64,000 nt of DNA from Acidobacteriota bacterium (lineage in GTDB: Bacteria > Acidobacteriota > UBA890 > WLXD01). Under the pieces are notes generated by a model that was not told the origin of the DNA, made no database searches, and worked only from the letters and a program-made list of their open reading frames with translations. Position 1 is the stretch's first letter, and every line of letters begins with the position of its first letter. The DNA lies in NCBI GenBank assembly GCA_965205505.1, contig CBDBHB010000009.1, positions 896,001 through 960,000 on the forward strand, read 5' to 3'. Both the position numbers and the translations under genes were made by a program. This document shows positions 37,407 to 48,228 of the stretch, piece after piece.

Positions 37407-40029
37407 ACCCAGAGCGTTGGCGACGCGTGAAGGAGCTCTTCCAACAGACCCTCGAGATGCCTGCCGGCGAGCCTGCCGCGTTCATCGAGGCCGCCTCCGC
37501 CGCCGACGAGCGATTGCGACAGGAGGTTCACACGCTGCTGTCGTCACACGATGCAGCGACCGACTTCCTGAACAATCCACCGGAGGCGGCTGCGGCCGCG
37601 GTCACCGAGTTGCATGATCGCGCCTCGCGCGTCGGAGACCGCATCGGCCCCTACAAGGTGCTCCGCCGTATCGGGCGAGGCGGTACCGGTAGCGTCTACC
37701 TCGCAGTGCGCGACGACGACGAGTTCCAACGGCGCGTCGCCATCAAGCTCGTGCGGCGCGGCATGGCGACTACCGACATCCTGCGGCGCTTCCGCAGCGA
37801 GCGTCAGATCCTCGCTAGCATCGACCACCCCTACATCGCGCGCCTGCTCGACGGTGGCTCGACCGACGACGGTGTTCCCTACTTCGTCATGGAGTACATC
37901 GAGGGCGAGCCGATCAACGTCTACTGCGACCGCAACCAGCTGTCGATCGAGGATCGCCTGACGCTTTTTTGCCAGGTGTGCTCGGCCGTCCAGGTTGCGC
38001 ACCAGAACTTGGTGGTGCATCGGGACATCAAGCCGGGGAATATCCTGGTATCGGCAGAAGGGGTTCCCAAGCTGCTCGACTTCGGGATTGCCAAGCTGCT
38101 CAACCCAGAGCTATCGGCCGCTGTCGATGACCCGACGATGCTCGAGCTACGTGTGATGACGCCAGAGTACGCTAGTCCCGAGCAGATACGCGGCGGTGCC
38201 ATCACCACCGCCAGCGACGTGTACTCCCTCGGCATCTTGCTATACGAGCTGCTTAGTGGTCGACGACCGTATCAACTAGACAACCTGCCGATGCCGGACA
38301 TGGAGTTGGTGGTTTGCACCACCCAACCCTCGCGTCCGAGTGACGCTGTATTGCAGGCGGATGTGGCGCTGCGGCTAGAGGGATCTGTGCCACGGATCAA
38401 TGCTGCGGCCGTGGCAGAGGCGCGTGGCGAGGCGCCGGAGCGGCTGCGGCGGGCGCTTGTCGGTGATCTCGACAACATCGTGCTCATGGCCCTGCGCAAG
38501 GAGCCCAACCGACGTTACTCCTCGGTCGAACACTTCGCTGACGACATTCTGCGTCATCTGAAGGGGCTGCCGGTGACGGCCCGAACCGACACGCTCCGCT
38601 ATCGTGTCGGAAAGTTCGTCGGGCGCCATCGCCTGGCAGTCGCAATGGGAATCACGACGGTCTTGTTCGGACTGGCGCTGGCGACGACGATCGTGGTGCA
38701 GGCCGGTCAGGTGGCTGTTGAGCGGGACCGTGCCCAACGGGCGGCGGAGCGCGCCACGGCGGTGAGCGATTTTCTACAAGAGATCATGGCGTCAGCCGAC
38801 CCGATCGAAGGAATGGGTCGCGACGTGACGGTGATCGAATCCGTCGAGGCGGCGGTTCCAAGGATCGGCAGCACGTTCGCCGATCAGCCCGACCTTCAAG
38901 CGGCGGTGCGCCACACGATCGGCACGACGTTCTTTCGACTAGGGCGGCTCGAAGAGGCCGAAGAGCAGCTGCGATTGGCATTGGCGATCCGGAGGGAGGT
39001 AAACGGCCCGGCGAGTCTCGACATCGCCGCCACGCTCAACAGCTTGGGTGAGGTGCTCTACGACCGCGGTGATCCTTGAAGGCCCCGAGCAACTGTTCCG
39101 TGAGGCGCTGGAGATGCGTGAGGCGCTACTTGGCCGGGAGCATGCCGACGTCGCCTGGGTACTAGACAACGTTGCCAACACCGCTCACGATCGCGGCGAC
39201 CTCGACCGGGCCGAGAGCATGTACCGCGAGGTCCTGCAGATTCGACGTCTGGTGTTGAGCCCGGAACACGAGGACATTGCATCCAGCCTCAACAACCTGG
39301 CGTCGATTCATCACGACCGTGACGAGCTCGACGACGCCGAGCGCCTCTACCGCGAGTCGCTGTCGCTGTCGAGGGCGGCCCTCGGTAGCGAGCACCCCGA
39401 CGTTGCGATCTCGCTGACCAACCTGGCGGTGCTGCTGCTCGACCACGAGCGATCGGTGGAGGCTGAGCCCCTGCTGCGCGAGGCGCTCGCCGTGAACCGC
39501 AAGCTGCTGGGCGACGCCCACCCCGGGGTGGTCAACTCGATCGAGAACCTCGCCGGCCTACTTGACGAACGCGGTGTGATCGATGAAGCGCAGGAGTTAT
39601 TCCTCGAATCCTTAGCGAATGGCGCGACAGATCTGGGGCGATCACCTCAACGTGGTGGACACGCTCGCCAGCCTCGGCTATCTGGAGCTGAGGAACGACC
39701 AGCCGGCAACCGCCGAGCCGTACTTCGTCGAGGCCTTGCAGCTGGCACGACGCGTCGTTGACGCGGACAGCCCTCTTCTGATCTGGCTCAACGCCGGCTA
39801 CGGATCCTGCCTGTTGAAGCTTGGGCGTTACGAACAGTCGGAGCGCGCTTTGCTCGAAGTACTTGCGATGGAGCAGGCGCGGACGGAGCCCGACGTTGCT
39901 CAGCTGGCTGAGGTCGCCGCCGAGTTGGTGGCGCTGTACGAGGTCTGGGGACGGGCCGACGATGCCGACGCCCACCGTAGTCTGGCGCAGGGTGCGACGC
40001 TTGACACCGTAGACGCGGGCCGCTCGTAG
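37403..40029 (+). CDS. Ser/Thr protein kinase with TM helix and TPR repeats; +1 frameshifts at ~39074 and ~39618
   Basis: GRGGTGSVY, VAIK, HRDIKPGN, DFG, TPEYASPE; TPR repeats continue across three frames; GTGA overlap with the sigma gene. Confidence 0.85.
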
Positions 40030-40069
40030 TTCGCGCAGTCGGCCTGAACGAGCAACACCATGCACCGGC

Positions 40070-40855
40070 CTATCGACCCTTCCAGTCGGGTCGGCGTTTT
40101 TCCACGAACGCCCGCACACCTTCACCGGCGTCTTCGGAGGTGACGGCGGCGACCACCGCGGGGAGGCGCTGGGTGGCGGCCTCGCTGATGCTCAGGTGAG
40201 CCGTTTGCCGCACCGTCTGTTTGATCGCCCGAGTCGCCAGCGGCGCGCAGGCGAGGATGTCGGCGACCCAGCGATCCACTGCTTCGTCAAGCTGCGCTCG
40301 GGCGACGACCTCGTTGACCAGGCCGAGGCGCTCGGCCTCGACAGCATCGATGCGGCGTCCGGTGAGCAGGAGGCCCATGGCGGCTTTCTCGTGGATCTTG
40401 CGACTCAGCAGCGTCATTCCGCCGTCCAGGGGCAGCCGTCCAACACGCGGCTCGGGGAACCCGAACTGGGCGTCGTCGCACGCCACGGCGACATCACATC
40501 CGAGCAGCATCTCCAGCCCGCCGCCGAGCGCGTAGCCGTTCACCCGAGCCACAACGGGAGTGATCAGCCGGCCGTTCATCGCCAGGCCGGCAAAGCCACC
40601 GGGGCGAGCGCTCGACAAGTACTCCAGCCCCGTGACCTCGTCGCCCTCAGCGGCGCTCTTGAGGTCGGCGCCGACGCAGAACGCACGATCACCGGCTCCG
40701 GTCACGACGATGACCCGGACGTCTCGATTGTTCTCGAGCTCGTCCCACAGGGCCCGCAACTCTCGCTCGGTCGCCTGGTCGATGGCGTTGAGCACCTCGG
40801 GACGATCGATGGTCACGCGCGCCACGTGGTCTGCTACCTGCAGCTGAACGCTCAC
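40070..40855 (-). CDS. enoyl-CoA hydratase/isomerase family protein
   Basis: RAFCVGADLK, VNGYALGGGLE, FGFPEPRVG, AFVEKRRP.WKGR. Confidence 0.92.
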   Translation of the reverse strand: MSVQLQVADHVARVTIDRPEVLNAIDQATERELRALWDELENNRDVRVIVVTGAGDRAFCVGADLKSAAEGDEVTGLEYLSSARPGGFAGLAMNGRLITPVVARVNGYALGGGLEMLLGCDVAVACDDAQFGFPEPRVGRLPLDGGMTLLSRKIHEKAAMGLLLTGRRIDAVEAERLGLVNEVVARAQLDEAVDRWVADILACAPLATRAIKQTVRQTAHLSISEAATQRLPAVVAAVTSEDAGEGVRAFVEKRRPDWKGR

Positions 40856-42039
40856 GCTACGACACCGCGCGAGCGCAACGCAGCAATAGCCTCGGCATCG
40901 TAGCCGAGCTCATCGAGGATCGCGTCCGAGTGCTCGCCGAGTCGCGGTGGTGCTTCGGCACATCGTGTGCGCGTCCCGCCCATGACGATGGGGGTGGCCA
41001 CGGTGCGCAGACTCGACCCGCTCGGATGCGTCAGTGCCAGCACCATGTCATTGATAGCCGTTTGCTCGTCGGCCAGAGCCTCACCCAGCGATCGAACCGG
41101 AGCGCAAAGCAGATCCTGTGTCTCCAACGCCTCGATCCAATAGGTGGTGCCATGTTGCGAGAATCTTTCGCGGAAGATCGTTTGTAGCTCGCTGCGGTTC
41201 TTGACCATCTGGCTCATCGAGTCGAAGCGTGAATCTTGGGACAAATCTTCGATGCCAAGTGCCGCCGAGATGTCTCGTAGCGGGTGACGCTTGAAAGCGC
41301 CGACCATCACCAGTGCCCCGTCGGTGGTCGGGAACACGCCGGACAGTGGCATGGCGCCCCAGTTCAGATCGTGCTCGCGCATCAGCCACATCGACGCCTC
41401 CTGCATCTGCATGGCCAGCATCGCGTCGTAGAGCGAAACTTCGACCTCCTGACCCTTCCCGCTTTGCTGCCGTTCCAGCAGCGCCAGAAGAATCGCCTGC
41501 ACCAAATGCATGCCGGCAGCGTAGTCAGCCAGAGTGGTTGGGTACACGCTGAGCGGCTCATCAGGGTTCGACTTCCTGGCCATGACGCCGGAGACCGCCT
41601 GCGCGAGGATGTCCTGCCCGCCTTTGTGGGCGTTGGGACCGCTGCGCCCGAAGCCTGTGCCGACGGCGTAGATGATGCGGGGATTGATCTCCGCCAGACG
41701 CTTGTAGCTCAGGCCCATGCGCTCCATCACGCCGGCGCGAAAGTTGTTGGCGACGATGTCGGCGTGGCGCAACAGCTCGATCAGGATCTCGCGACCCTCG
41801 GCGGATTTCAGATCGAGTGCCAGGCTGCGCTTGTTGCGGTTGAGGCTCCCAAACACCGGGTTGTCGGGTCCATCGGGGTCGTCGGGTAGCGCCCACCGCA
41901 TGAGGTCGCCGCTGCCCGGTCGCTCGATCTTGATCACGTCGGCGCCGTAGTCGCCCAGAACCTGCGTTCCACAAGGGCCGAGCATCACCTGGGTCATGTC
42001 GACCACCCGGATGCCGCTCAAGGGAAGCGTGCTGCTCAA
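40852..42039 (-). CDS. class III CoA-transferase (CaiB/BaiF)
   Basis: PLSGIRVVD, GADVIKIERPGSGD, NRNKRSLALDLK, NFRAGVMERMGL; TTG start overlapping the upstream stop. Confidence 0.92.
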   Translation of the reverse strand: MSSTLPLSGIRVVDMTQVMLGPCGTQVLGDYGADVIKIERPGSGDLMRWALPDDPDGPDNPVFGSLNRNKRSLALDLKSAEGREILIELLRHADIVANNFRAGVMERMGLSYKRLAEINPRIIYAVGTGFGRSGPNAHKGGQDILAQAVSGVMARKSNPDEPLSVYPTTLADYAAGMHLVQAILLALLERQQSGKGQEVEVSLYDAMLAMQMQEASMWLMREHDLNWGAMPLSGVFPTTDGALVMVGAFKRHPLRDISAALGIEDLSQDSRFDSMSQMVKNRSELQTIFRERFSQHGTTYWIEALETQDLLCAPVRSLGEALADEQTAINDMVLALTHPSGSSLRTVATPIVMGGTRTRCAEAPPRLGEHSDAILDELGYDAEAIAALRSRGVVA

Positions 42040-43400
42040 CTCGATGCCCCCGCCGACACTCCAGCGCGAAGGGTGGCGCTCGCGGCCGGCCTGTCGCCCG
42101 GATCGGCCCCTTGTTCCCGAAGGCGGCGCTGCAGCGCCTTCACGTCGATTTTGCGAACCGCCGCCCCGGATTCGACCGCCATGGCCGCGGCCATGCCGGC
42201 AGCCTCTCCCATCGCCATGCACGGTGGGATCTCGCGCGACGTCTTCTGTGCCTCGGGCGTTGCCGAGTAGTGCCGCCCGGCAACCAGAAGCTGATCGACA
42301 CCGCGGGGCAGCAGCGCCCGGTACGGCGTGTAGTAGTCACGCCCGCGCGCGATGCTGTCGGCGAAGTGGACGCGGTTGGCAACGTCGTCGTGGGTCACGA
42401 CGTACTCGCCCCGGAGCATACGCGTCTGGCGTACTCCGGTCTGCGGCGCCACGTCGACGAGCTGGCAGCGCTCGAAGCCCGGTAGATGGCCCCTTGCGTA
42501 CTCGATCACGGCGTCGATACGCCGGCGCCCCTCGAGGACGGCAGCGGTCAGTCCGTCCACCTTGACGCCATCGTATCCGGTGAGGTGTGGACAATTGCAC
42601 CAAACGACGCCGGGCAGGGGCGTCTTCAGCCACCAGCGCGCCCACGAGCCGCCGAGTATCTTGCGCGCCGCACGGTCGAGACGCGTGAACTCCTCATGTG
42701 CCTCGAACTCGAACCTCTCTGCTGCAGCCGTATCGACGTCGCCGAGCCTGAATACGGTGGTTAACATGTATGTGCCGCCGACGAAGTCGGCACCGGCGCG
42801 CACGGCCACATCGAGATCACCGGTAGCGTCAATCACCACATCGCCGAGGATCGCCTGTCTGCCCTCCTTGGTGTCGCAGATCACGCCCTGCGCCCGTCCG
42901 TCGCTCACCACCGGCGCCGAAAACCATGAATGTAGGCGCAGACGCACACCGGTTTCGGCGACGAGATCTTCTGAGGCCCGTTTCCACGCCTCGGGATCGA
43001 ATGCCACCGCGTATGTAATGGGTTGCGGACGATCGCGCGAGTAGTAGTCGTACACTCCCCAGCGCGACCACTTGCGCCACATCTCGCGGCTCGGTTGACG
43101 GTCCTCTGGAGGCGGATATACCGCCAGGCCCATACGGTCCATGCGGTCGATGACTTCTTGGCAGATGCCACGGACCACCACCTCGGCGCCGTCGCACATG
43201 TCGTCGAGCACCAACACCTGGCCCCCGGAAGCGAGGCCGCCAAGATGCGAGTAGCGCTCGAGAAGGGTCACGCGCGCGCCGTTTCTTGCTGCGGCGACCG
43301 CTGCGGCCAGGCCGGCCGGTCCGCCGCCAACGACGACCACGTCGCAGCGGTCAACAACCGGTGTGCGCCGCGCAGGCTCTTCGATGAATTCGGAGGTCAT
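42036..43400 (-). CDS. FAD-dependent oxidoreductase
   Basis: DVVVVGGGPAG, LGGLASGG, VIDATGD, PYRALLP, LLVAGR, CMAMGEAAG. Confidence 0.88.
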   Translation of the reverse strand: MTSEFIEEPARRTPVVDRCDVVVVGGGPAGLAAAVAAARNGARVTLLERYSHLGGLASGGQVLVLDDMCDGAEVVVRGICQEVIDRMDRMGLAVYPPPEDRQPSREMWRKWSRWGVYDYYSRDRPQPITYAVAFDPEAWKRASEDLVAETGVRLRLHSWFSAPVVSDGRAQGVICDTKEGRQAILGDVVIDATGDLDVAVRAGADFVGGTYMLTTVFRLGDVDTAAAERFEFEAHEEFTRLDRAARKILGGSWARWWLKTPLPGVVWCNCPHLTGYDGVKVDGLTAAVLEGRRRIDAVIEYARGHLPGFERCQLVDVAPQTGVRQTRMLRGEYVVTHDDVANRVHFADSIARGRDYYTPYRALLPRGVDQLLVAGRHYSATPEAQKTSREIPPCMAMGEAAGMAAAMAVESGAAVRKIDVKALQRRLREQGADPGDRPAASATLRAGVSAGASS

Positions 43401-44149
43401 GGCGCCGCGTCCCAGGTGACGATGCGTCGCTCGAGCCAGCTGATGAGGGCGAAGAACGCAACGGAGAAAGCCGAGGCGAGCACCACCGAAGCGTACAGCA
43501 GCGGAGTGTCGAAGTTGTATGTCGCTTGGATGATGAGTGCGCCCAACCCCGCGGTGCTGCCGATCCATTCGCCGACGATGGCGCCGATTACCGCTGTCGA
43601 CGTGGCGATGCGCAGAGAAGCGAACAGGAAGGGCAGCGAGTTGGGTAGCCGCAACTTGAAGAACACTTCCCGGTCGCTGGCCGCCAGGACGCGCATTAGC
43701 TCCACCGAGCGTGGGTTCACGGATGACAGTCCACGCACCATGTTCACCAGTGTCGGGAAGAAGCAAATGAGCGCCGCGATGGCGATCTTGGGCTTCATGT
43801 CGTTGCCCAGCAATAGCACCAAGATCGGCGCGATCGCGACGATCGGGATCGTGTTGATCACCACGGCTATCGGAAAGAATGCGTCCTGCAGGGACCGCCT
43901 TTGGACGAAGGTGATGGCCAGTAACACCGAGGCGAGGTTGCCCAGCAGGAATCCGGCCACGCTCTCGACGGCCGTGGGTATCAGGTTGGCGAGCAAAGTG
44001 CCGGCATCGCGCCACAATGTTTCTGCGACCGCCAACGGCGAGGGCACCAGGTAGCTCGGTATTTCGAGCCACCAAACCGCGGCCGCCCAGGCGACGAGTA
44101 GCGCGGTGGCGCTGAGCAATGGCAGCCATCGTGTCGCCCTCATCCGCAT
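43397..44149 (-). CDS. ABC transporter permease (NitT/TauT family)
   Basis: PSP.AV, IPIVAIAP, KLRLPNSLP.LF, GAIVGEW. Confidence 0.9.
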   Translation of the reverse strand: MRMRATRWLPLLSATALLVAWAAAVWWLEIPSYLVPSPLAVAETLWRDAGTLLANLIPTAVESVAGFLLGNLASVLLAITFVQRRSLQDAFFPIAVVINTIPIVAIAPILVLLLGNDMKPKIAIAALICFFPTLVNMVRGLSSVNPRSVELMRVLAASDREVFFKLRLPNSLPFLFASLRIATSTAVIGAIVGEWIGSTAGLGALIIQATYNFDTPLLYASVVLASAFSVAFFALISWLERRIVTWDAAP

Positions 44150-44946
44150 TGCTCCAGCAAGGCTCTCAGCATTGCCGCCTGGCGCACGAAGGGTTCGCTC
44201 TCCCGCGCCGCAAGCCGACGGGGCTCGGGCAGATCGATGGTCGCGATGTCGAGAACCCGCCCCGGCCTGGCGGCGAGCACAAGCACTCGACGTCCCAGGA
44301 ACAACGCCTCCGAGATGCTGTGGGTCACGAACACGATCGTGGTACCGGTCTTCTGCCAGATCTGCACCAGCTCTTGGTTGAGGCGATCGCGGGTGATCTC
44401 GTCGAGAGCACCGAATGGCTCATCCATCAGCAGGAGCCGGGGACCGGTGACCAGGGCTCGCGCGATGGCTACGCGCTGGCGCATGCCGCCCGAAAGCTCG
44501 TGCGGTAGCGCCGACTCCCGATCGGCGAGGCCCACAAGCGTGAGCAGCTGCGACGGTGTCATGGCGTTAGCCGGCACGGCACGGCGAGCTCCGACTTGCA
44601 GCGGCAGCTCGACGTTCGCCCGGGCACTTCGCCATGGCAGTAGCGCATGCTCCTGGAACACGAAGCCGATCTCCTTGCGCTCCCGAGCCGCCCTTGGCGG
44701 CTGCCCAAGCAGTCGAGCGTTGCCCGACGTGGGGGCGACGAGATCGGCTATCACCCGCAACAGCGTTGACTTGCCACAACCCGAGGGTCCGATCACCGTC
44801 AGAAAGTCGCCGGAGTCGATGGTCAGTGACACGTCCTGAAGGGCAACGACAGTTCCGCGGTCGCTGGTGAATTCGACGCTCACGTCCTCGAGCTCGACGA
44901 TCGCCTGGCGTCGCCGCGTCGCGAACAGCCCGCTGTCAGCGTTCAT
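44140..44946 (-). CDS. ABC transporter ATP-binding protein (NitT/TauT family)
   Basis: GPSGCGKST, LSGGMRQR, LLMDEPF, VTH. Confidence 0.93.
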   Translation of the reverse strand: MNADSGLFATRRRQAIVELEDVSVEFTSDRGTVVALQDVSLTIDSGDFLTVIGPSGCGKSTLLRVIADLVAPTSGNARLLGQPPRAARERKEIGFVFQEHALLPWRSARANVELPLQVGARRAVPANAMTPSQLLTLVGLADRESALPHELSGGMRQRVAIARALVTGPRLLLMDEPFGALDEITRDRLNQELVQIWQKTGTTIVFVTHSISEALFLGRRVLVLAARPGRVLDIATIDLPEPRRLAARESEPFVRQAAMLRALLEQCG

Positions 44947-44977
44947 CTTGCTGCTCTCCTTGCCGCGATCGGTCGCC

Positions 44978-46018
44978 TCACGCCGGTGCGCCGAGGTGTG
45001 GACGTGCATCGCGAGTGGCGTCGAGGATGGCGCCAGATACCAGATCGCCCAGCCGCGGAGCCCGGTTGGAGAACTGCCCGAGCTGCGCGTAGGTCTCCAG
45101 CTGCTTACTCCAGGTTTCGTCCGACATGCTGCCCCAGCCAAACTCGGCGGTGCGCTCGTTGAACACATAGGGTATCTGGAGCCGGGTGGCACGAATCTCG
45201 TCTTCGAGTCGCAGGATCGGATACTCGTCGGTGAGCAACTCGGCGGCGCGTTCCGGGTTGCCGTGGACGAAGGCCCAGCCGCGGCCGGTGGCCCGCAGGA
45301 ACGCCGCGAGGATGTCGGCGTCCGCCTCGAGTGTCCGGTGGGTAGCGTAGTAGGGCATTGCGTACAACCGGATTCCAGCGTCCCAGAGTCGCATGGAGAG
45401 CTGGCGCCCATCGAGCGGTCGTAGCGATGCAGCGTTTGTCGCCCAGCCGGTGATCACGTCGACCTGTCCAGTGGCCAGGGGTATAAGCGAGGAACCGACG
45501 ACCTGCACTTCGAGCCGCGACGGGTCGATCTGATGTCGCGCCAGGAGCGCGTCGAGCAATACTCGGCCGGTCGGCTGAATACCTATCCGCTTGCCGACCA
45601 GATCGCCCGGCTCGTACACCGGGTTCTCGGGCAGCGAGAAGTAGGTGTACGGGTGCTCCTGCATTGCCACCGCGAAGCAACGAATCGGGATGCCCTGCGA
45701 GACCGCAAGCATGATCGACGGACTAGAAGTTGTCTCGCCAACCAGGTAGCGCCCCGAGGCGACGATTGCCACGCCGTCGATGTTCGCTCCCCCGGGACGA
45801 ATACGGAAAGCAATGCCCTCCTCGTCGAAGAACCCCAAGAGCGCCGCCGCCACCTCGCCGAGTTGATTGGCTCCGACCAGCCACCCGAGCTGCATCTCGA
45901 CGATTCGGCGCCCGTCCGTCGTCGTTCCTGACGTTCCTACGCACGCCCCGAGCCCCAATCCGCCCGCGGCTGTGGCGCACCCATGTAAAAAAGCGCGCCT
46001 TGTCCGAGTGCTGGTCAT
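44978..46018 (-). CDS. ABC substrate-binding protein, NMT1/THI5/SsuA-like, Tat-exported
   Basis: TRRAFL Tat motif and LGAC; MQLGW, GFFDEEGI, DLVGKRIGIQ. Confidence 0.85.
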   Translation of the reverse strand: MTSTRTRRAFLHGCATAAGGLGLGACVGTSGTTTDGRRIVEMQLGWLVGANQLGEVAAALLGFFDEEGIAFRIRPGGANIDGVAIVASGRYLVGETTSSPSIMLAVSQGIPIRCFAVAMQEHPYTYFSLPENPVYEPGDLVGKRIGIQPTGRVLLDALLARHQIDPSRLEVQVVGSSLIPLATGQVDVITGWATNAASLRPLDGRQLSMRLWDAGIRLYAMPYYATHRTLEADADILAAFLRATGRGWAFVHGNPERAAELLTDEYPILRLEDEIRATRLQIPYVFNERTAEFGWGSMSDETWSKQLETYAQLGQFSNRAPRLGDLVSGAILDATRDARPHLGAPA

Positions 46019-46068
46019 GGCGGCGAATCTATCGCCGTCGCTGGGTGGAGGACAACCAGCTGTCGAGG

Positions 46069-46217
46069 GGCGGTGGCGCCGGCATCGGTACGCACCTCGG
46101 CCAGGGTGGAGCTCCTGAGCTCGATCTGCTTGGTAGTCAACGCGTCATCGTTTGTGTTGTTCGAGCGCCGTGCTGGCGAGCCTGGCTACGGTGCGTACCG
46201 ATGCCGGCGCCACCGCC
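46069..46217. repeat. 28-bp perfect inverted repeat (REP/MITE-like)
   Basis: GGCGGTGGCGCCGGCATCGGTACGCACC (46069-46096) and its reverse complement (46190-46217). Confidence 0.85.
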
Positions 46218-46410
46218 GCGAACGTTCGAGGGATCTCCGGCGCGCGACCGGCATTCTCCGTCGTCGGGGAGCTCGGAGCGCGTGTTTCCTGGGGCGCTGA
46301 CGGAGCAGCTTGACGCCCCTCCTCGGTGTCGTCGAATGGCTCAGAGCCGCGCGCGCCTATCGGTGCCGGAGGGAGCAGAGGCATGCCTCTGCTGCCATCG
46401 CCCTCCGAGG

Positions 46411-48228
46411 TCAGACGGTCGCCGTCTTCTCCTGCGCTGCTTCCTGGAGCCGCGACCGAAGGGCGTCTAGCTGCTCCGTCAACGCCGCCGGGAGCCGGTC
46501 GGCGAACTGCTCGTAGTGCTGCTCGATCAGCGGGATCTCCTGCTGCCAGCCGTCGATGTCGACGCGCAGCAGTTCCTCGAGATCGTTCGGGGCGAGGTCC
46601 ATCCCGCTCACGTCCAAGGCGTCGACCGTCGGCAATCGGCCGATGGGTGAGTCGATGGCTTCGCTGACTCCGGCGCAGCGCTCGAATACCCATCCGAGGA
46701 CGCGCGAGTTATCGCCGAAACCCGGCCAAATGAAGCGGCGATCGGCATCACGGCGAAACCAGTTTACATAGAAGATCTTCGGTAGCTTGGCCGGGTCAGT
46801 CTTCGCCCCGAGACGCAGCCAATGGGCGAAATAATCGCCCATGTGGTAGCCGCAGAAGGGCAACATGGCCATCGGGTCGCGACGTACTTCGCCAACTTGC
46901 CCGGCGGCGGCGGCGGTCTTCGCCGACGACATGATCGAGCCAAGAAACGTGCCGTGTTCCCAGTCGAAGGCCTCGGTGACCAATGGGATGACGGTTTCGC
47001 GGCGACCACCGAACAGGAAGGCGCTGATCGGCACCCCCGCCGGGTCCTCCCATTCCGGCGCGATCACCGGGCACTGGTGGGCAGGGGCAGTGAACCGGGC
47101 GTTCGGATGTGCCGCCGGCCGATCCGAGTCGGGTGTCCAGGGTCGTCGCAGCCAGTCGACGAGCTCGGCGGGCGCTTCTGGCGTCATGCCCTCCCACCAC
47201 GCGTCGCCGTCCGGGGTGAGGGCGCAGTTCGTGAAGATCGAGTTGCCTGCCATCGACAGCATGGCGTTGGGGTTCGATTGGTCGCTGGTACCCGGCGCGA
47301 CGCCGAAGAACCCGGCCTCGGGGTTGATCGCGTAAAGTCGCCCGTCTTCGCCGAATTTCATCCAGGCGATGTCGTCACCGATTGTCTCTACCTTCCAGCC
47401 CGGCAGCGTCGGGTTCATCATCGCCAGGTTGGTCTTGCCGCAGGCGCTGGGAAACGCGGCGGTGATGTATTTCACGTCGCCGGCGGGCGAGGTGAGCTTC
47501 AGGATCAGCATGTGCTCGGCGAGCCAGCCGTTGTCGCGCGCCTGTACCGAGGCGATGCGCAGCGCATGGCACTTCTTGCCGAGCAGCGCGTTGCCACCAT
47601 AGCCGGAGCCGTACGACATGATCTCGCGGCTCTCGGGAAAGTGGGCGATGTACTTGTTGTCGGCGTCGCAAGGCCAGGGCAGGTCCGGCTGCCGGTCGCT
47701 GGTGAGTGGGTAGCCGACCGAGTGCAGCCCGCGCACGAAGCTGTCGTCGTTGCCGAGCACCTCGAGCACGGGGGTTCCCACCCGAGCCATGATGTGCAAG
47801 TTGCAAACCACGTACGGCGAGTCGCTGATCTCGATGCCGATCTTGGAGATGGGGCTGCCGATCGGCCCCATCGAATAGGGGATCACGTACATCGCGCGTC
47901 CGCGCATGCAACCTTCGTAGAGGGCGCGCAGCGTAACGCGCATGCCGTCCGGATCGGTCCAGTTGTTGGTCGGGCCGGCATCTGTTTCCGACTCCGAACA
48001 TATGAACGTTCGATCCTCTACGCGCGCCACATCGGCGGGATCCGATCGGCACAGGAAACTGTTCGGGCGTTTCTCCGGATCGAGTCGGATGTATGTACCC
48101 GAATCGACCATGAGCTGACTGAGGCGGTCGTATTCCTCGGGCGAGCCATCACACCAGACAACGGTGTCCGGTTGGCACAGCTGTTGGACCTCGTCGACCC
48201 AGGCGTTGAGCTTGTCGTTGGTGGCCAC
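46411..48228 (-). CDS. pckG: phosphoenolpyruvate carboxykinase (GTP)
   Basis: [60 protein letters not shown]; GAGG RBS before GTG at 48228. Confidence 0.95.
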   Translation of the reverse strand: MATNDKLNAWVDEVQQLCQPDTVVWCDGSPEEYDRLSQLMVDSGTYIRLDPEKRPNSFLCRSDPADVARVEDRTFICSESETDAGPTNNWTDPDGMRVTLRALYEGCMRGRAMYVIPYSMGPIGSPISKIGIEISDSPYVVCNLHIMARVGTPVLEVLGNDDSFVRGLHSVGYPLTSDRQPDLPWPCDADNKYIAHFPESREIMSYGSGYGGNALLGKKCHALRIASVQARDNGWLAEHMLILKLTSPAGDVKYITAAFPSACGKTNLAMMNPTLPGWKVETIGDDIAWMKFGEDGRLYAINPEAGFFGVAPGTSDQSNPNAMLSMAGNSIFTNCALTPDGDAWWEGMTPEAPAELVDWLRRPWTPDSDRPAAHPNARFTAPAHQCPVIAPEWEDPAGVPISAFLFGGRRETVIPLVTEAFDWEHGTFLGSIMSSAKTAAAAGQVGEVRRDPMAMLPFCGYHMGDYFAHWLRLGAKTDPAKLPKIFYVNWFRRDADRRFIWPGFGDNSRVLGWVFERCAGVSEAIDSPIGRLPTVDALDVSGMDLAPNDLEELLRVDIDGWQQEIPLIEQHYEQFADRLPAALTEQLDALRSRLQEAAQEKTATV

